Made by a program: the position numbers and the translations under genes. A stretch of DNA of 63,886 bases, filler included, from an uncultured Myxococcia bacterium (lineage in GTDB: Bacteria; CAZTWC01): NCBI GenBank assembly GCA_964617105.1. It is 4 parts of 4 records of this genome, joined end to end, with 100 filler letters (N's around TTAATTAATTAA, not from the genome) between each part and the next. Parts side by side here need not be neighbours in the genome. Positions count along the whole stretch, not along the records: positions 55,118 to 63,886 come from CAZTWC010000150.1; 3 more parts are not named here. One strand, 5' to 3'. The notes under the pieces were generated by a model. The model saw only the letters and a list, made by a program, of their open reading frames with translations, was not told the origin of the DNA and made no database searches. Within the stretch, counting starts at the first letter, position 1, and the number at the start of each line of letters is the position of its first letter. Of the stretch, positions 62,568-63,886 are shown piece by piece.

Positions 62568-63531
62568 CTTCCGCCTCTCCATTAACCGTTTTCTCAATAT
62601 TGCGTTCAATAAAGGTGCCCAATCTGGTTTTGTCCTGAGGGGCTATCCGCCAGAATTCGCATCCTATAACTTTGCCTGCCACCCACCTGACCACTGCCAC
62701 AAATTCAATTGGCGTGGTACCTTCCAGCAATATTTTTCCGCAAATTCTCTCTTTTGGGTTAACAAAGGTATTGCCCGGCAGAAAAACGCCAAATCCACCC
62801 AGGCTTACATCCTGCAAGGAACATTTCTCCATAAAAGTATCGATTAACACAAAAGAGTTTTCTGTATTAATATCAATTCGGTTAAACTCCCTCTTCTCCG
62901 CCCAGTTAATTTCTTCTTCCTGTTCATTCTCTTCCAGTTCATTCTCTTCCAGTTCGTTCTCTTCCCGTTCGTTCTCTTCCAGGTGTTCTTTTTCAAGTTC
63001 AGTAGCGCTGCTTGTATCATCATTATTTTTCAGCAACATTACAATTTGTCTTTTACTCTCAACATCTTCTATGAGTTGGTTGTTTTCAGAAATCAATTGG
63101 ATAATCTGCAGGTTTGATTGTTCCAGTTTATTGCTTAGCGCTTTGAGCAGGTTATTTAAGATAATTGATTCCAAGTCTGGACGGGAGTTAAACAGATCGG
63201 TTAAATCTTTTTTATGAAGCAGTAAGCAATAGGATTCTTCTTCAGCAAAAATACCAGCTGTCCGGGGTTCATTCAGCAACACTCCCATCTCGCCGATAAT
63301 GCTGATGGGTTCTATAATTGATAGCACTTTTTGTTTGCATATCACGCTCATTTTGCCGGCCAGAAGGATCAACATGTAACTACTGGGGGCGCCACTTTCA
63401 AAAAGAAGCATTTTAGGCCGAAAATGTTTTTTTTCCCCTTTTTTTAAAAAAAGGCTGATGTCAACAGGAGATAGGCCCTGAAAGACAATAGAGTTGGCCA
63501 AAATTCTAATAACTTGCTCTATTTCTGCCAT
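62560..63531 (-). CDS. cNMP-binding plus coiled-coil/acidic linker plus PilZ domain protein
   Basis: IGEMG..PRTA cNMP motif; PilZ RxxxR (REFNR) and DxSxxG (DVSLGG). Confidence 0.85.
   Translation of the reverse strand: MAEIEQVIRILANSIVFQGLSPVDISLFLKKGEKKHFRPKMLLFESGAPSSYMLILLAGKMSVICKQKVLSIIEPISIIGEMGVLLNEPRTAGIFAEEESYCLLLHKKDLTDLFNSRPDLESIILNNLLKALSNKLEQSNLQIIQLISENNQLIEDVESKRQIVMLLKNNDDTSSATELEKEHLEENEREENELEENELEENEQEEEINWAEKREFNRIDINTENSFVLIDTFMEKCSLQDVSLGGFGVFLPGNTFVNPKERICGKILLEGTTPIEFVAVVRWVAGKVIGCEFWRIAPQDKTRLGTFIERNIEKTVNGEAEDV
62912..63000. repeat. 15-bp in-frame tandem repeat (about 5-6 units) encoding (ELEEN)n-like acidic linker
   Basis: TTCTCTTCCAGTTC(A/G) units; protein ELEKEHLEENEREENELEENELEENEQEEE. 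Confidence 0.85.
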
Positions 63532-63579
63532 ATTTTGCCCAACATTTTAAATATGTAGCGGTTTGCTTAGTTTACTATC

Positions 63580-63886
63580 CTAAGGTAATGGTCTTAAGAG
63601 GGGAGAGGTAATAGTACCGGACATAGAATAGTTGTAAAAATTGCCTGGTCCACTGCCTTTCTTAAGGTTTAGCACTTGTAAAAGACTTACTAATTTGGGG
63701 TTGGCGTCCAGGAATTTTTTTACTGGTTTGAACCTCAGGGTAAGACTGGCGGCACTTTTTTCCAACTCTTGATTGAGAACCACAAATCCTTCTACTTTAG
63801 CCTCGATATCGCTGTTATTGGTGACGAATTTATCTACTTTTATTCGTCCTTTTTCTATACTAAATACCGATTTTAACTCTCCTATT
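63580..63886 (-). CDS. GspN-like type II secretion protein, C-terminal part
   Basis: Open frame to the window end: SIEKGRIKVDKF..SDIEAKVEG.V.L..LTLRFKP..YSMSGTITSP. Confidence 0.55.
   Translation of the reverse strand, partial: IGELKSVFSIEKGRIKVDKFVTNNSDIEAKVEGFVVLNQELEKSAASLTLRFKPVKKFLDANPKLVSLLQVLNLKKGSGPGNFYNYSMSGTITSPLLRPLP

Overview
The window is not one locus. It is four unordered draft contigs (1-18448, 18549-36820, 36921-55017, 55118-63886) joined by artificial 100-bp N/TTAATTAATTAA/N spacers, with five small internal N gaps. Contig 1: an apparent hybrid Tmc/Hmc transmembrane electron-transfer operon (tmcD-tmcC-tmcB-hmcB-hmcC-hmcD-like-16-haem hmcA), two response regulators around an internally deleted histidine kinase, an eroded accessory stretch (AAA ATPase, DUF89/TauE deletion fusion, MNT-HEPN) and a His-rich metal-uptake operon without an ATPase, headed by a candidate metal-sensing leader ORF ending LAPKLSPP. 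Contig 2: DUF362/4Fe-4S genes, several envelope proteins that look myxobacterial, a GGDEF protein, tkt, and sat plus the start of aprB. Contig 3: atpZ-like, hemL, a cpaB-tadB-tadC-FHA cluster resembling part of the predatory Kil system, a solitary gyrB, an active/inactive Deg protease pair, a Met-gamma-lyase-like gene, hutU, hutI and a TolC fragment. Contig 4: two Ig/ASH-repeat lipoproteins, a Gfo/Idh/MocA plus altered Lat-like aminotransferase pair, fliS, cNMP and cNMP-PilZ proteins and a gspN-like fragment. A short TAG/CTAG-flanked inverted-repeat family recurs between genes. The overall picture, which is an inference, is a deltaproteobacterial-type organism, possibly Myxococcota-related, with dissimilatory sulfate metabolism. 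All family calls come from motif recognition by eye; no searches were run. No rRNA, tRNA or CRISPR array was recognised.
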